From Takakia lepidozioides (lineage: Eukaryota; Plantae; Bryophyta), in contig CM060731.1 in the NCBI GenBank assembly GCA_030704615.1, forward strand, positions 55,800,001 through 55,864,000: DNA of 64,000 nucleotides. Direction: 5' to 3'. Each line of letters starts with the position of its first letter. Positions within the stretch are counted from its first letter, which is position 1. A program made the position numbers and the translations under genes. The notes under the pieces are model-generated. The model was not told the DNA's origin. It saw nothing but the letters and a program-made list of their open reading frames with translations, and ran no database searches. Positions 26,626 through 38,587 of the stretch are shown piece after piece.

Positions 26626-29600
26626 TTGTACTCATAAGACGTTCTTTGCCGTAGCCTTGTGGCCATTGACCCCGCGCCCAGTTTGAGCGGGAACAAAAGG
26701 GACAGAACCTACCTCTGTCAGGGGCTGACGTTGGTAGTAAGACTTACCTTCATATATAGAATTAATCCGGGTTTTCCAGATATCCTCTAGAAATCCCTTC
26801 ACACAAGCATCAATCTGCTGTGTGTGATTTGCCCAAAAACTAGGCCTCAGGAGGGCCTGGGCTTTTGGCTCAGCCTCGAGACTTTCAAAGCTGGTAAACA
26901 GGGGTACAGGCACAATTCCCTTGATAGATTTGAAGAGAGCGTCTCTTTGGTGAGAGAACCCCGGACAGTGTATCAGAAAATGAATATTGTCTTCAGATTG
27001 CCCACACAACGGGCAATTGCACTCTCCCTTTCCTCTCTGCTTCTATTTGCTGTTCAAAGGTAGGCTTCCTGCCCTGAGTTTAAATTTCAGTCTAGTGCCG
27101 AGAGTGGGTAGACCCTTGAGGCATCCAAGATGTCCTCCCCCATGTCACAGACTGGAAACAAGTTCAGGGAAGTTTTCTGCCTAACTTCATTTTCATCAGA
27201 CAATCTCATGGCAACAGACATGGTTGAGGACACTTACTGTAGGTCTAGCAGTTCTAGAACCGTCCATGATTGGTGAACCGGCAAATCCATTTGCAACTCC
27301 TCCGGAAATATTACCCGAATGGTATTTCTCTCCTGTGTCTCAAATACTTCGTACAGTCCCTAATAAATTACTAGGTGTTCCTTTAATGGCTGCAGTACCT
27401 GCGGGATTATTGACAATACCTTTTCCGGAAAATGTGAATAAATTTTCAGAATCCTTTTCGTCGTCCAGTAGCTACAACAGTTTTTCCAATCGGTACCGCA
27501 GTAGCTCCTCGGTTGGGTATTGGGGCTGCTTTACCTATCGATAAATCTTTAACTCTAGGGCTTTTTCGAGACAAGTATTTAGTGGACACTACAGCCTCTA
27601 AGTCAGATTTATCCAGCAGGGTCAAGACTTGCGGATCCAGGTCCAGGTCCTTGAGGATCTCTTCTACTCTCTTCTGCCAGGACTTAGCCTGTTTGACAGG
27701 GCGGTCCTGTTTCCAAGATATAGAGTCGATTAACTTAGGATATCTGGTGTTGGGCATATGTTGCAGCTGACCCCACCATCTGACCTTGAATTCATCTCGT
27801 CGGGAGCTTAAGGACGGAATGCCAAACTCACCCCGAACAGCCACATTGGCTGTTTTGGAGCACGCTGACATACACTCCTTAAGCACCCCCACTTGAATGG
27901 ATTCTAGAGACTTAGCCTGGTTGGAGTTATCAACCCATATAGCAGATGCGTACTCCAAGGCAGGTCTAATAACGCGACAAAGCATGGTTTTCTTAACCTC
28001 AGAGGTGACCCCTCTGCAATGGAAAAAGTTAGTGAGCCCCAGAGCTTTGCCCTTGCCAGTTTGAACAACTTTCCGGATATGTGCATCCCAATTACAATTG
28101 GAGGAGAACTCAACGCCCAGGTAAGTGTAGGAAGGGAGGACCGGGATCTCTTGGCTACCCCACTGCCACTTAAGATCACTTCCTCCCTCTCCTCTGTCAT
28201 TGAATGCTACCACTGCACATTTGCTGACATTAGCCTCTAGCCCCCAAAGATCAAAGTATCTCTTCGCGCAATCAATCAATTCCTGGAGATTGGTTGGAGG
28301 CTCAGGGCTGGTATGGTGGTATCACCCACCCTTAACCCAAATCCCTCACTTTCCACATCCTCGAGGAGTTGATTGATGAAAACATTGAAGAGGAGAGGGG
28401 AGAGAGCACATCCTTGAGCTACACCTTGGTCTATGTCAAAGAAGTTGGACTTCTGTCCGGTAACAGTGACACAGCTTTTGGTGTGAGCATACAAGTTGTG
28501 GACAACTCTCCACATCTTTCCCTTGATCCCACAAGACCAGAGGCGGAACCATAGGCCATCTCTCCACACTGTGTCATAAGCCTTTTTGACATCCAGGAAA
28601 AAGACATAAGTGGGTTTCCTTCTTTTTTCCTTCCCTGGATAATCTGGCTTAGAGTGAAGATATGATCCACACAGCCCCTGTTTCGCCGAAAGCCAGCTTG
28701 GCCTTCGTGGAAACAACCTCTAGACTCCAGATCAACCTCGAGACGAGTACTTATAACTCTGCAGAATGTCTTGCCAACAGCATTGAGGAGCGTGATGCCA
28801 CGGTAGTTCCCCGGTTCTTCTCTGTCACCCTTCTTGTATAGATTGACAATGACCCCCTGTCGCCAGCGAAAGGGGATCATTTCAGTCTTCCAGATAAGGT
28901 TAAAGAGGAGAACTAGGGCCTCTATCATGGGATCGCCACCGTGCTTGATAAGCTCGTTGACAATACCATCAGGTCCACCAGCTTTATATCCATTTAAATG
29001 TTCAATTGCATCCACAATCTCAGAAGAACTAATGGGAGCATTATAAGCCATTGAAATATACTCCAGTTCATCAGGGCTGTTTTGAATCATAGGAACAGTC
29101 TTTCCAACTGTGTCCCTCCATTCAGGAGAAGACCCCTCACTGTTAGACCTAGAAGTTCTGCCAAGGATACTGTAGTGAGTTTCAAAGGTTTTGACAATGT
29201 CAACCGATGAAGTCACGACTGCACCTTTAGTAGTCTTCAGCGCTTGTACTTGCTGACCGTTTTTCGGCTTGTACAAACGTTGAAGGGCCAACCAGAATTT
29301 CTTGTCATTACCACCATGGTGGTTTGAGTTCATTTCACTGTATAACTTGTCCCAGTATAATTTCTTCTGAGACCTAACAAGCTGATTGATATCTTTACGG
29401 AGCTGGTAGTACCTCGCCCACAATTCTTTGTTGGTTTCCAAATTGCAGCACTCTTTATAGAGGGCTCGTCTCTCAGCTATCTTGAGTTTAATCTCATTAG
29501 TCCACCAATTAACTGCTCTACCGCAGACAATTAGTTTCCTCCCAATGATCTTGTCAGCCACGGAGGAAACGAAACTCTCCCAAGAGTCCACTGCCCTTTC

Positions 29601-30607
29601 GACTTTATTTCTTGCGTTAACAGAGCGTGACTGAAGTTCTTGGAGTGATTGGACAAAATGAGGGAGAGCCTCTTGCAAGGCCCGGACGTACTCAGCCTTG
29701 ACCTCCTCATTGTGGAGTTTTTCTATGCGCCACTTCCGAATCGAACGTTTCACAGATCTCTTGGTGGTGGGAAAACACCTTTTGATCTCAGTCCAAACCA
29801 GGAAGTGGTCAGAGGTACCAATATCAGTTCTGTCGATCAACACATTGGCACACTGGGGGAACAAAATTTTGTCCATTATGATATAGTCCACAATGGAACG
29901 TTCCCCAGTTTGGGATTTCTCACGAGTCCACTGCACTTGGTCACCTCTTGTCCTGTTATTCAAGGTCAAAAGCTGAAGCTCTTCTAGACAGTTAATTAAC
30001 CGTCTGCCATTAGAATTCAGCTCGTCCTCATCAAAAGGTCCAATGATATCGTCCTGATGGATCCCTTTGCCCACCCGGGCATTGAAGTCCCCCAATAGTA
30101 CCACCTGACCTTTGGCAAGGAACGAAGCACAGTCCAGCTTTACATCTTCGAAGGCCTTGTCTGCGTCAGCACTAAGGGTCCCCTCTGTGGGCATGTAAAC
30201 ACAACCAACAAAGAGGTCCTTTGTACTCATGCCGCCCTTCAAATTCAGTTTTAGCCAGATACTATGCTCGTACCTCAAACCCTTGTTGATAATTTCACAA
30301 TTGTCAAACAAGAAATCACGGACAAAGAATCCGACCCCTTTTTGACCGCGTTTGGCAGAGGCTGCCTTGAGAGTACACATCTTACCTGCCCATTTATAAC
30401 CAATGACATCTCCAACCAGTTTATCCGACGTTTCCCATGTTTCTTGCCCAGCACAGATATGAATATCATTAGTCCGAAGAACTTGTCCCACTTCAAGTTG
30501 TTTCCTTTGGTTGGTCAACCCTGAGAAGTTGAAAGTGGCAAGCCGCAAGCCAGCCCTTTGCGTGTGAATTGTTTGTCGTCTAGGTAGCTTGTGATTGCTC
30601 CTGTTCT
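26626..30607 (-). mobile_element. 5'-truncated LINE-A (APE-RT-zinc finger) with frameshifts and a plastid DNA insert
   Basis: ORFs 28431..30548, 27446..28279 and 26632..27009; TSD CGATGTATAGAGA at 26613-26625 and 30608-30620. Confidence 0.95.
27235..27583 (+). pseudogene. petD: Plastid petD (cytochrome b6f subunit IV) 3' fragment, NUPT, unedited
   Basis: [30 protein letters not shown]...RTVPNKLLG...[13 protein letters not shown]...[17 protein letters not shown]; flanked by the 7-bp duplication GGACACT. Confidence 0.95.
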
Positions 30608-31689
30608 CGATGTATAGAGAAAGGGTCGGAATGGTGCTTTGGGTGAAAAGCTAGTAATGAATCGAAAATCATGAGTGCTCTTGACCTGTCGATCTTGTCT
30701 ACATGCGATTTTCTCCCAAAGCTTAGTGTACTAATGATAAAAAGAACATACCACCCTTAGCGCAAGAGTTGAACACTAGACCACGGTTAACAACATGCGG
30801 CAAAGTGATTCCTTTCATGACAATGCAATCATGGGTACCACAGCCATAGGAAGAGCAATCAACCCAATTTATCTTCTTCTCATTATTCACATGTCCCTTG
30901 ATTTGATGTAATTTTATTAATATAAACTAATCCAACATAGCTTCGCAACTAAGTTTTTCAGTCCAAATTTGAGATATTCAACAGTACTAGAAGGAAAAAA
31001 TTGAAAATTAGAAAACATGGAGAGTTTCGGATTGTTACATATCAATAGCTGAAATGTTTTGGCCAAGTGCCCTTATTTGAAGTGAAAAAAAACGATTTTC
31101 CCAAAAAAATAAAAATAAAAAATCTTGCAAACTTGGAATGAGGTGAGTCCTAGGAGAGAGTGGAGGTAACAAGCAACAAACCCCATGGATGCTCACCATG
31201 TGTTCAGAAGAATGCGTGAACAATCTTTGATCACGTGGACTTTAACGTGATGGATTTACCATTTTTCTGGCAGGAATGGTTTGGAGACCAACGAGCAAAT
31301 GATGTGAGAATGCACTGCCCAAACCCATCACGTTTGTTTGTTTTTGCAATGCACACAAACCTGTGAGTTCCGGAAAACACTAAAGAGATTGAAGGAACTA
31401 TCCGGGCAGTCCATGCAACCCCCCTCTCCAACAATAGTTTGTTCCCAGGAATTCGCATCCCACGCACACATTGCAAACAGGACAACAAGGACACACAACC
31501 ATCCCATTTCAAAATTGGCCCTGAATAAAAGTAAAAGAAAACTTGATATCAAGTGTCACAGTCATCAGAATCACAATCGACCTCCTGTGTTATGTCATCC
31601 ACAAAGATTCCGGCCCCAACACCACCTCTTCTACCACGGCCGTCGATGGTTGGACTGCGAGTGCCATGAACGGACATGCTTGCTGTGAG

Positions 31690-34600
31690 TGTGACGAGCC
31701 CTGAGCGCGCGTAGTCAGGGTGACGGCATATTAGTCTAGGGGGGTCGTGGTAAGTTGCGGTGTAGGTTGGGCTCACTAAACCGCCTATCCAACTGCGGTT
31801 AGTGTAGGGGGTCCATGGTCGTACATGGTGGCTATAATCACTATCTAAGTCCTACCGGCAAAGAGAAATCACGTACTCCTCTTCACAGGGCGAGTTTGCG
31901 TTTCTAAGTCCTACGGTATCCTACAATCTACTCAGTAACTGCCCTCCAAGTCTTTGTGTTTTATTGTCTAATTCCTACCGCCTAGGCCCCCGAGCCGCCT
32001 ATAGCCGGGACATGTTTTAATCCCTTCACAAGGCACCTGCCGAGCCTAGGAAGAAGAGGGAAAATCTTCCTCTCCCAATGCCCCTTCTTCGCCGAGTGCT
32101 TGAGTTCAAGTCACCTCTAATGGAAGGGCGAACGCTTCTTACCCCAGTGCCTAAATACTTTGTTTTAGCAAAGGAGTGGTCAAAATGTCTATCATCATCC
32201 AATAGGTTCACCAAGCTCAATAAGGTGGTTCTAAGCCCCTCAACTCAATAAGTTCAATCAGTTTAATCAAGCCTTTCAAGCTATAACGTGCACCACGTGC
32301 ATCTATCCTATTTAAGCAATCTCGCAAATCAGAAATGCTGGAAAATAAAAGAAATTAAGTAAATAAATAAATAAAACCTCCCCTATAGAAAATCATGTGG
32401 GGAATCCAAAGATATCCTTGGCGCCTAAAGATGCCCTTGGGAACCGAATGAGAACCGAGGAACACCCAGCAACCGTTCCCTGTCGCGGGGAACTGCCGCG
32501 GCTCTATCGGATGAATGAATCTCACTGAGAGCTCATCCCTGCCATTACATTCGTTAGTCCAGAACATGCATGCGTAAATAATAAAATAACCACTAGTGGG
32601 TCCAAGCCAGATTTTACCCCCTTACATTATTTTAAGACGCTGGTGCGCTTTCCCTCCGTGGAAAAAGTCAACCTCTACCTTGGGCTCTGACACAAAGGCT
32701 CACTGAAGCCGAGTTTTTAGGACAAAGTACTTCCTCTCCTCCCTTGTCTCTCGAGGTCTCCGCCTCTGGCTCACTGCTCACAGGCCCGCTTGGCTCTCTC
32801 TTGGAGTCATAAGAACGCTCCCCTCCAAGGCTACGTCCTCCCAAAATCCTAGATAGCCGTGGACCGCTGCGGTTAACGCCGGCGTCCGCCGGTCCGTCTC
32901 AACTTTTGGTTATCTCGCGGGTTAAGACCCGCACCCTGCTCGCACGCTTCAGGGCCTCACGCCTGAGCCACGCGGCTGATGGACTTGATCTCAGTACGAC
33001 TTAAGGTCAGCGCTGGGCCCGCTCCTCGTACGTCGTGGCTGGGCCACGGCTGCCTCCACGCTTTTAGTAATCGAGTACCTACTCTCTAGGCGCAGCACCC
33101 GGGCTCCTCCCAGGCTGCTCGCGACTTTGGGGCAGCTGCTGTCAAGCGAAATTAGCCCGCCCAAACCCCAAGACAAAAAAATACAACCCACCCTCCCCTA
33201 GGCCTCCATGGCTTGCTAGTGGGGGGGGGGGATTAGCACATAGTGGCCTTATAGTGGCCTTGTATCATAGATCCAGCCTACTGGCCTACCTTTGCCAGAG
33301 CTGGCTATATTCAAATTAGTAATCAAACACAAAGATTCCTTCTTCAAACAATTCAAATACAAGCCTCTATTGGTGCCCTTTCCAATAGGCTATGGGGTTC
33401 TTCCCCTGTCAATTCTAGACATGAAATAGTGGGTTTCCACAATGCACTCTTGTCGCGGCCCTTCGCCTTGAGGGCAGGGGGTCGGACACAAGAGGGGCTG
33501 CCCCTGTGGTGGGGGCAGTGGCAACAATAGATACGGGGGCTGAAGCACCCTTGAGTGCCCAAGGCTCTCAAGGAGGCGGAGGTGCTCACTAGGTGGAGCC
33601 CCGCACACCGGGTTGCGGTGGGGGTGGTTCCACGAGGGGTGGGGGTAGCTTAGTGGGACTTAGTGGGGGTGGCATAGGACTCACCATGGGGGCGGAGACC
33701 TTGTGGTGGGAGTTGTGGGGAGTCTTGGGACTCATCACGGTCCAATGGGGCCGTGGTGGGTGGGCCAAGACTCACCGCGACCCATCACCGGGAATCGAGG
33801 GTTTTCGTGATGGTTCGCCATAAAATGGCATGGTTGTTTGTGAAACCCCCGCGGACAGTCACAGAAGTATATATAGGGAGTAGTAACCCCGAGAACGGTG
33901 CAAGCCCGTTGGTGACCAAAAACTAGTGAGTAAGCGTGCGAGCCGGGAAGCGACCAAGGTGTGGGAAGCTGTTCCGGACTGCCATCGACCAAAGGGAATT
34001 TCCACTTGGCCCAAATTAAGAGAGGGTCAAGTGGGGGAGTAAAGGGGGACCGTTATGTCCCGGTGAGCAGCCGAAGCTCCGAGTTGGCCCGGCGGCCAGT
34101 TTGGGAGTTAGGCGCGTGCATCAAAGCGAATAACTATGACTTGAAGAGGAGCTTACCGAAGTAAGGTGCGCAACACTTGGTATCAGAGCTTAGAGTTCAG
34201 TACGCGATCGTCCTTGAGATCGGCCTCATCATGGGGTTGGGCAAGCCTAAGCGAATGATCCTGGTGAGCCCGATGGGGGCAACGTGTCACTGAAGCGGCA
34301 ATTTGAGAAGGCGGTTCATGCTTTTGAAAGCGAGGCCGCTCAAGAACGGGAGGTATGTGGGGAGTCGGAGCCCGAGGACTTCTTGGGGGCTCCGGAAAAC
34401 CAACAGATGTCTCCCATGCCAGCAGCCTTTTGGGAAGGGTTGTTGGCGCAGTTTGGCGGAACGTTGAAAGACGTGTTGAAGGCGGCTAATGCCACTTCCA
34501 CTAAGGCAAAGTTTAAGGTGAAGCCTAAGGAACCCGGCACCTTCGAGGGCGTCCAAAATCGGAAAGCACTAAACACCTGGCTCTTGGAGCTGGAGCAGTA

Positions 34601-34850
34601 CTTCCGGGCGGCCAAGTTGAGTGACGAGGATCGGGTGGAAGTGGCTCCCACTTATTTGAGGGGCTATGCTCAACAATGGTGGCAGAAACGCCTTCATGAC
34701 CGAGGTCCAAACCCAGAAACCTTGAAGTGGAGTGGGTTCAAGGAACTTACGAAAAGACAGTTTGTTCCCCTCAACGCGTCCTAGCTCGCCCGGGACAAGA
34801 TGAGGAATTTGACGCAAACGGATGACATTCGGGGATATGTTCATGCTTTC
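31690..34850 (+). mobile_element. Truncated Ty3/Gypsy element: probable 5' LTR ending CA at 34175, tRNA-Met PBS, partial gag
   Basis: PBS TGGTATCAGAGC at 34178-34189; gag motifs KEPGTFEG, WLLELEQYF, YLRGYAQQWW, LKWSGFKE. The LTR start at 31690 is a guess. Confidence 0.7.
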
Positions 34851-34852
34851 AA

Positions 34853-34920
34853 TAGAGGTTTACTATTTCATGAGCTCATGAGCCTATGAGCCTATGAGCC
34901 TATGAGCTCATGAGCGGGCA
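34853..34920. mobile_element. One end of a hAT-like element with ATGAGC subterminal repeats
   Basis: TAGAGG terminus and (CTATGAGC)n, resembling the MITE at 2869-3000; it begins where the gag stops. Confidence 0.35.
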
Positions 34921-36089
34921 TCCGCGGAATTGGAATTTTTGTGCATTTATTGACGGTATTATGTCCTCATACCTCGATAATAGGGTTTGTTTCTCCTGGT
35001 CCAGGATGCGGAATGAGGTATTTCGGCGTCGTTATTCCACGTCACGACTTTAAAACATTGTGCAGGACAGGAAAGAGACACAAACTTGTAGCCCTCACAA
35101 GTGTCAAGTTATTTTACCACTAGTGTGAAACTAGCTAGGAAATAGCTAGCTTTTACATATTGACATTTGGGATTGGCCCAAGTGTCAATCCAGGGGTCAA
35201 GGCAGATTTAGGCCCTGGAGTGGTTATCTTCACGGCAAGCGCGGGAGGCTCATCTTTCTCGAGTTGAGCCTCACCGCGCCTAGCTATGGCGCCGTAGTGT
35301 GGATTCCCCATGGCGTGGGGTGCACTTGGCTTGACTTGTATTTGAGTGATGAGGTTATATATGCATGAGTTTATGCTTCAGCTTTGTGAGCTCGCATGAG
35401 CTTGTGCTTGTATTCTTCCTCTTTATCACTCGAGAAAGATGAGCTCGTATCTATGAGTGCTAGATACGAGTTAGTTGTAGCACTTGTGGTTTTTGCTTGA
35501 GAATGAGAGAAACCAAGTTGTTATGCAAGGAGCACCGTGGAGCTCTTGGTTGTTAGAAGCGGAGGCGATGTGGGTTACGAGGTGGTAAACCTTGGCATTC
35601 GATCTTCAGCTTCAGAGATGAAAGCACCATACTGTAGGTAATTCCAGAGCACCTTGATGGTTTCAGATTGTGTACATGCATGAGCAAGCACGATTGGGAA
35701 GAGGACCAGTCAAGAGCAGGTTATAGTGGCTTTGGTGGCAAAGCTGAGAACTGGACTTGGGAATGCGAGCTGTCATTGTGTGAAGGATTGCAAGACCAAG
35801 CGAAAGGGCTGATTTGGCTTGGGGCAAATCAGTGCACTTTGTGGAGTATGGTGAGATTGGGTTTCAATCTCGAGCTTCAGCATTGAGAGGGCTCTTGTCA
35901 TGGCGAGAGCAGGGCTGGAACAGGAGCTAAGAGGTGCGGCAAGGCCATGGAATGTGTACCTAGGGTTACAGAGCTTGGAAGAAGAGCTCTTGCACCACAA
36001 GAGAAGTGTCTTGTGGCTGGAAATGTAAGCCTTAGGGTTTCATGAGCTTGGCAAAGGCTATGGAGTGCTTAGTCTTGTCTTAGAGAGCA

Positions 36090-36530
36090 TCAAGGAGCCA
36101 AGGAGCCAAGATAGGGGGCTGATATCTCTTGTGTGAAGAGGTTGCATGTGTGGAGCATGTATTCAGCTCATTGAAGCTTCCATCTTCAAGCTTGGAGGAC
36201 AAGCAAGGAAGAGGGAAGGGCTGACTTCCCTTATGTGAGGGCAATGCATGTGTGGAGCATGTTATCAGCCTGGTGAAGGCTTGCACTTTCAGGTGTGGGA
36301 GTGCAAGAAAGGAAGGAAGGGGCTGGTTTCCATGTAGGGCATGTGGAGCATGCTTTCAGCATGCTGAAGCTTGTATTTTCAGGTTTGTGGGTGCAAGAAA
36401 TGAAGCAAAGGAGCTGATTCTTTTATGGTGAGAGTGGGGCATGTGTGGAGCATGCCTTCAGCCCATTGAGGCTCTTGTTTTCAAGCTTTAGAGAGCTAGA
36501 ACGGAAGGTCTAGGGCTGGTTTCCACTTGG
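36090..36530. repeat. Four degenerate ~100-bp tandem units (core GCATGTGTGGAGCATG)
   Basis: The core recurs near 36145, 36246, 36339 and 36439. Confidence 0.6.
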
Positions 36531-36964
36531 AGTGAAAGAAAAGCACTTGTAGGGCCTATGTGAGTTGGGGTTTCAACTTCAAGCTTGAAGGGAGCGCAAC
36601 TCTTGAAGCAGCAGGTGTAGGGGGCTGGAAGAGGCTCTAAGACAGATGCTATGGCCAAGGAGAGTGCTTGAATGAGTGCTCACAAGGGCTGGGAACCAGC
36701 AGGGCTTGGTTGTTTGCCATTGAGTTTAGTGGCGTGTTTGGGTAGGCTAAGTGAGAAAGAAGGCTTGGTTTGTGGCAACCACCTCATGGCTTAGGGCTAC
36801 TATGGTGGTGTGTGGGAGCCGAAAGAGCAAGGATACCTTGCTGATTTCCTCACAGCCACCATAGCTCGGTGGAAAGAAGCCTAGAGTCCAAGAGACACAA
36901 ACCCTAGCTTGGCGTGGCTAAACCCCTTGGAGAAATGGCTAAACTGCCAGAGCGGCCATGTGTG

Positions 36965-38100
36965 GGGCAGTGACAGGCTGTGGCAAGCTGTGACGGGCTG
37001 TGACGGGCTGTGTCAGGCTGTGGCGAGCTGTGACGGGCTGTGACGGGCTGTGACAGGCTGTGCCCTGTGCCCTGTGGGGCTGTGACGGGCTGTGTCAGGC
37101 TGTGACAGGCTGTGCCCAGTGGCCTTTTGGGGCTGTGACGGGCTGTGCGGGGCTGTGACAGGCTGTGCCCTGAGGCCTGTGGGGCTGTGACGGGCTGTGA
37201 CAGGCTGTGCCCATGGCCTTTGGGGCTGTGATGGGCTGTGAGGGGCTGTGACAGGCCGTGCCCGAGGCCTTTGAAGCTGTGACAGGCTGTGATGGGCTGT
37301 GACAGGCTGTGCCTGTGCCCTGTGGGGCTGTGACGGGCTGTGTCAGGCTGTGACAGGCTGTGCCCAGTGGCCTTTTGGGGCTGTGACGGGCTGTGCGGGG
37401 CTGTGACAGGCTGTGCCCTGAGGCCTGTGGGGCTGTGACGGGCTGTGACAGGCTGTGCCCATGGCCTTTGGGGCTGTGATGGGCTGTGAGGGGCTGTGAC
37501 AGGCCGTGCCTGAGGCCTTTGCGGCTGTGATGGGCTGTGAGGGGCTGTGACAGGCCGTGCCTGAGGCCTTTGAGGCTGTGACGGGCTGTGAGGGGCTGTG
37601 ACAGGCCGTGCCCATGGCCCTTGGGGCTGTGACGGGCTGTGAGGGGCTGTGACGGGCTGTGAGGGGCTGTGACAGGCCGTGCCTAAGGCCTTTGAGGCTG
37701 TGACGGGCTGTGAGGGGCTGTGACAGGCCGTGCCCATGGCCTTTGGGGCTGTGACGGGCTGTGAGGGGCTGTGACAGGCCGCGCCTGAGGCCTTTGGGGC
37801 TGTGACGGGCTGTGACAGGCCGTGCCTGAGGCCTTTGGGGCTGTGATGGGCTGTGACAGGCCGTGCCTGAGGCCTTTGAGGCTGTGACGGGCTGTGAGGG
37901 GCTGTGACAGGCTGTACCCATGGCCTTTGGGGCTGTGACGGGCTGTGAGGGGCTGTGACAGGCCGCGCCTGAGGCCTTTGGGGCTGTGACGGGCTGTGAG
38001 GGGCTGTGACAGGCTGTGCCTGAGGCCTTTGAGGCTGTGACGAGCTGTGAGGGGCTGTGACAGGCTGTGCCCAGTGGCCTGTGGGACTGTGACGGCTGTG
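36965..38100. repeat. Minisatellite array of the 10-bp unit GGGCTGTGAC/AGGCTGTGAC with higher-order periodicity
   Basis: Directly visible over about 1.1 kb. Confidence 0.95.
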
Positions 38101-38587
38101 ACCAGTGAGCTGTGTGGGCCTGTGCTGGTCTGTAGTGGCCCGTGTTGACCTGTGGATGGCCTATGCTGACTCGTGGAGGCACTGGTGGACTAAGGACTGG
38201 CATGTGGTCTGGAAGGCCGAATTTTGAAGCTCGTGGAGGGCGGTTTGAGGAGTATCTTCATGATATTCCCATGGTCATGCAAGTTCAGGTGTAGGCTATG
38301 TTAGGAACTTAGTATTCCAAACCATAAGCCGCAACAGGTTCTCTACCCGGTTACCTTGTGGAGAGGGGGTTAGGGACATGTTCATGACCGGTTGAGTGTC
38401 AACACGGAGGTGCCACTAGTTGCTGGGGACAGTGCGGTTCGAGCACTAGCGATACTAGTGGGTACACGAGACGAGGTGTGCGGTTTAGGCCACCTTCACC
38501 TCCTGTGTCTTCCACGGAAGGTTCTGATTCGGATTGTGAATCAGGAGGGCTCATACCGGCGGTGCAAGTTGTTTCTTTGCCATTATT

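Larger units (their letters stand above)
26368..30685. repeat. ~160-bp tandem dimer whose second unit is split by the LINE-A at 26626-30607
   Basis: Unit 26368-26527 is repeated at 26528-26625 and continues at 30621-30685. Confidence 0.75.

Noticed and set aside
31035-31776. Possible minus-strand host gene exons
   Set aside because: The exon-like segment has stops in all frames and no recognisable product
36904-38203. Long minus-strand ORFs (277 and 286 aa) rich in HSPSQPVTA
   Set aside because: They are translations of the 10-bp minisatellite, with no evidence of coding
35100-38404. 5' LTR matching the putative 3' LTR start at 48928
   Set aside because: I found no direct repeat of 48928-49110 upstream, so the LTR pair and TSD cannot be defined
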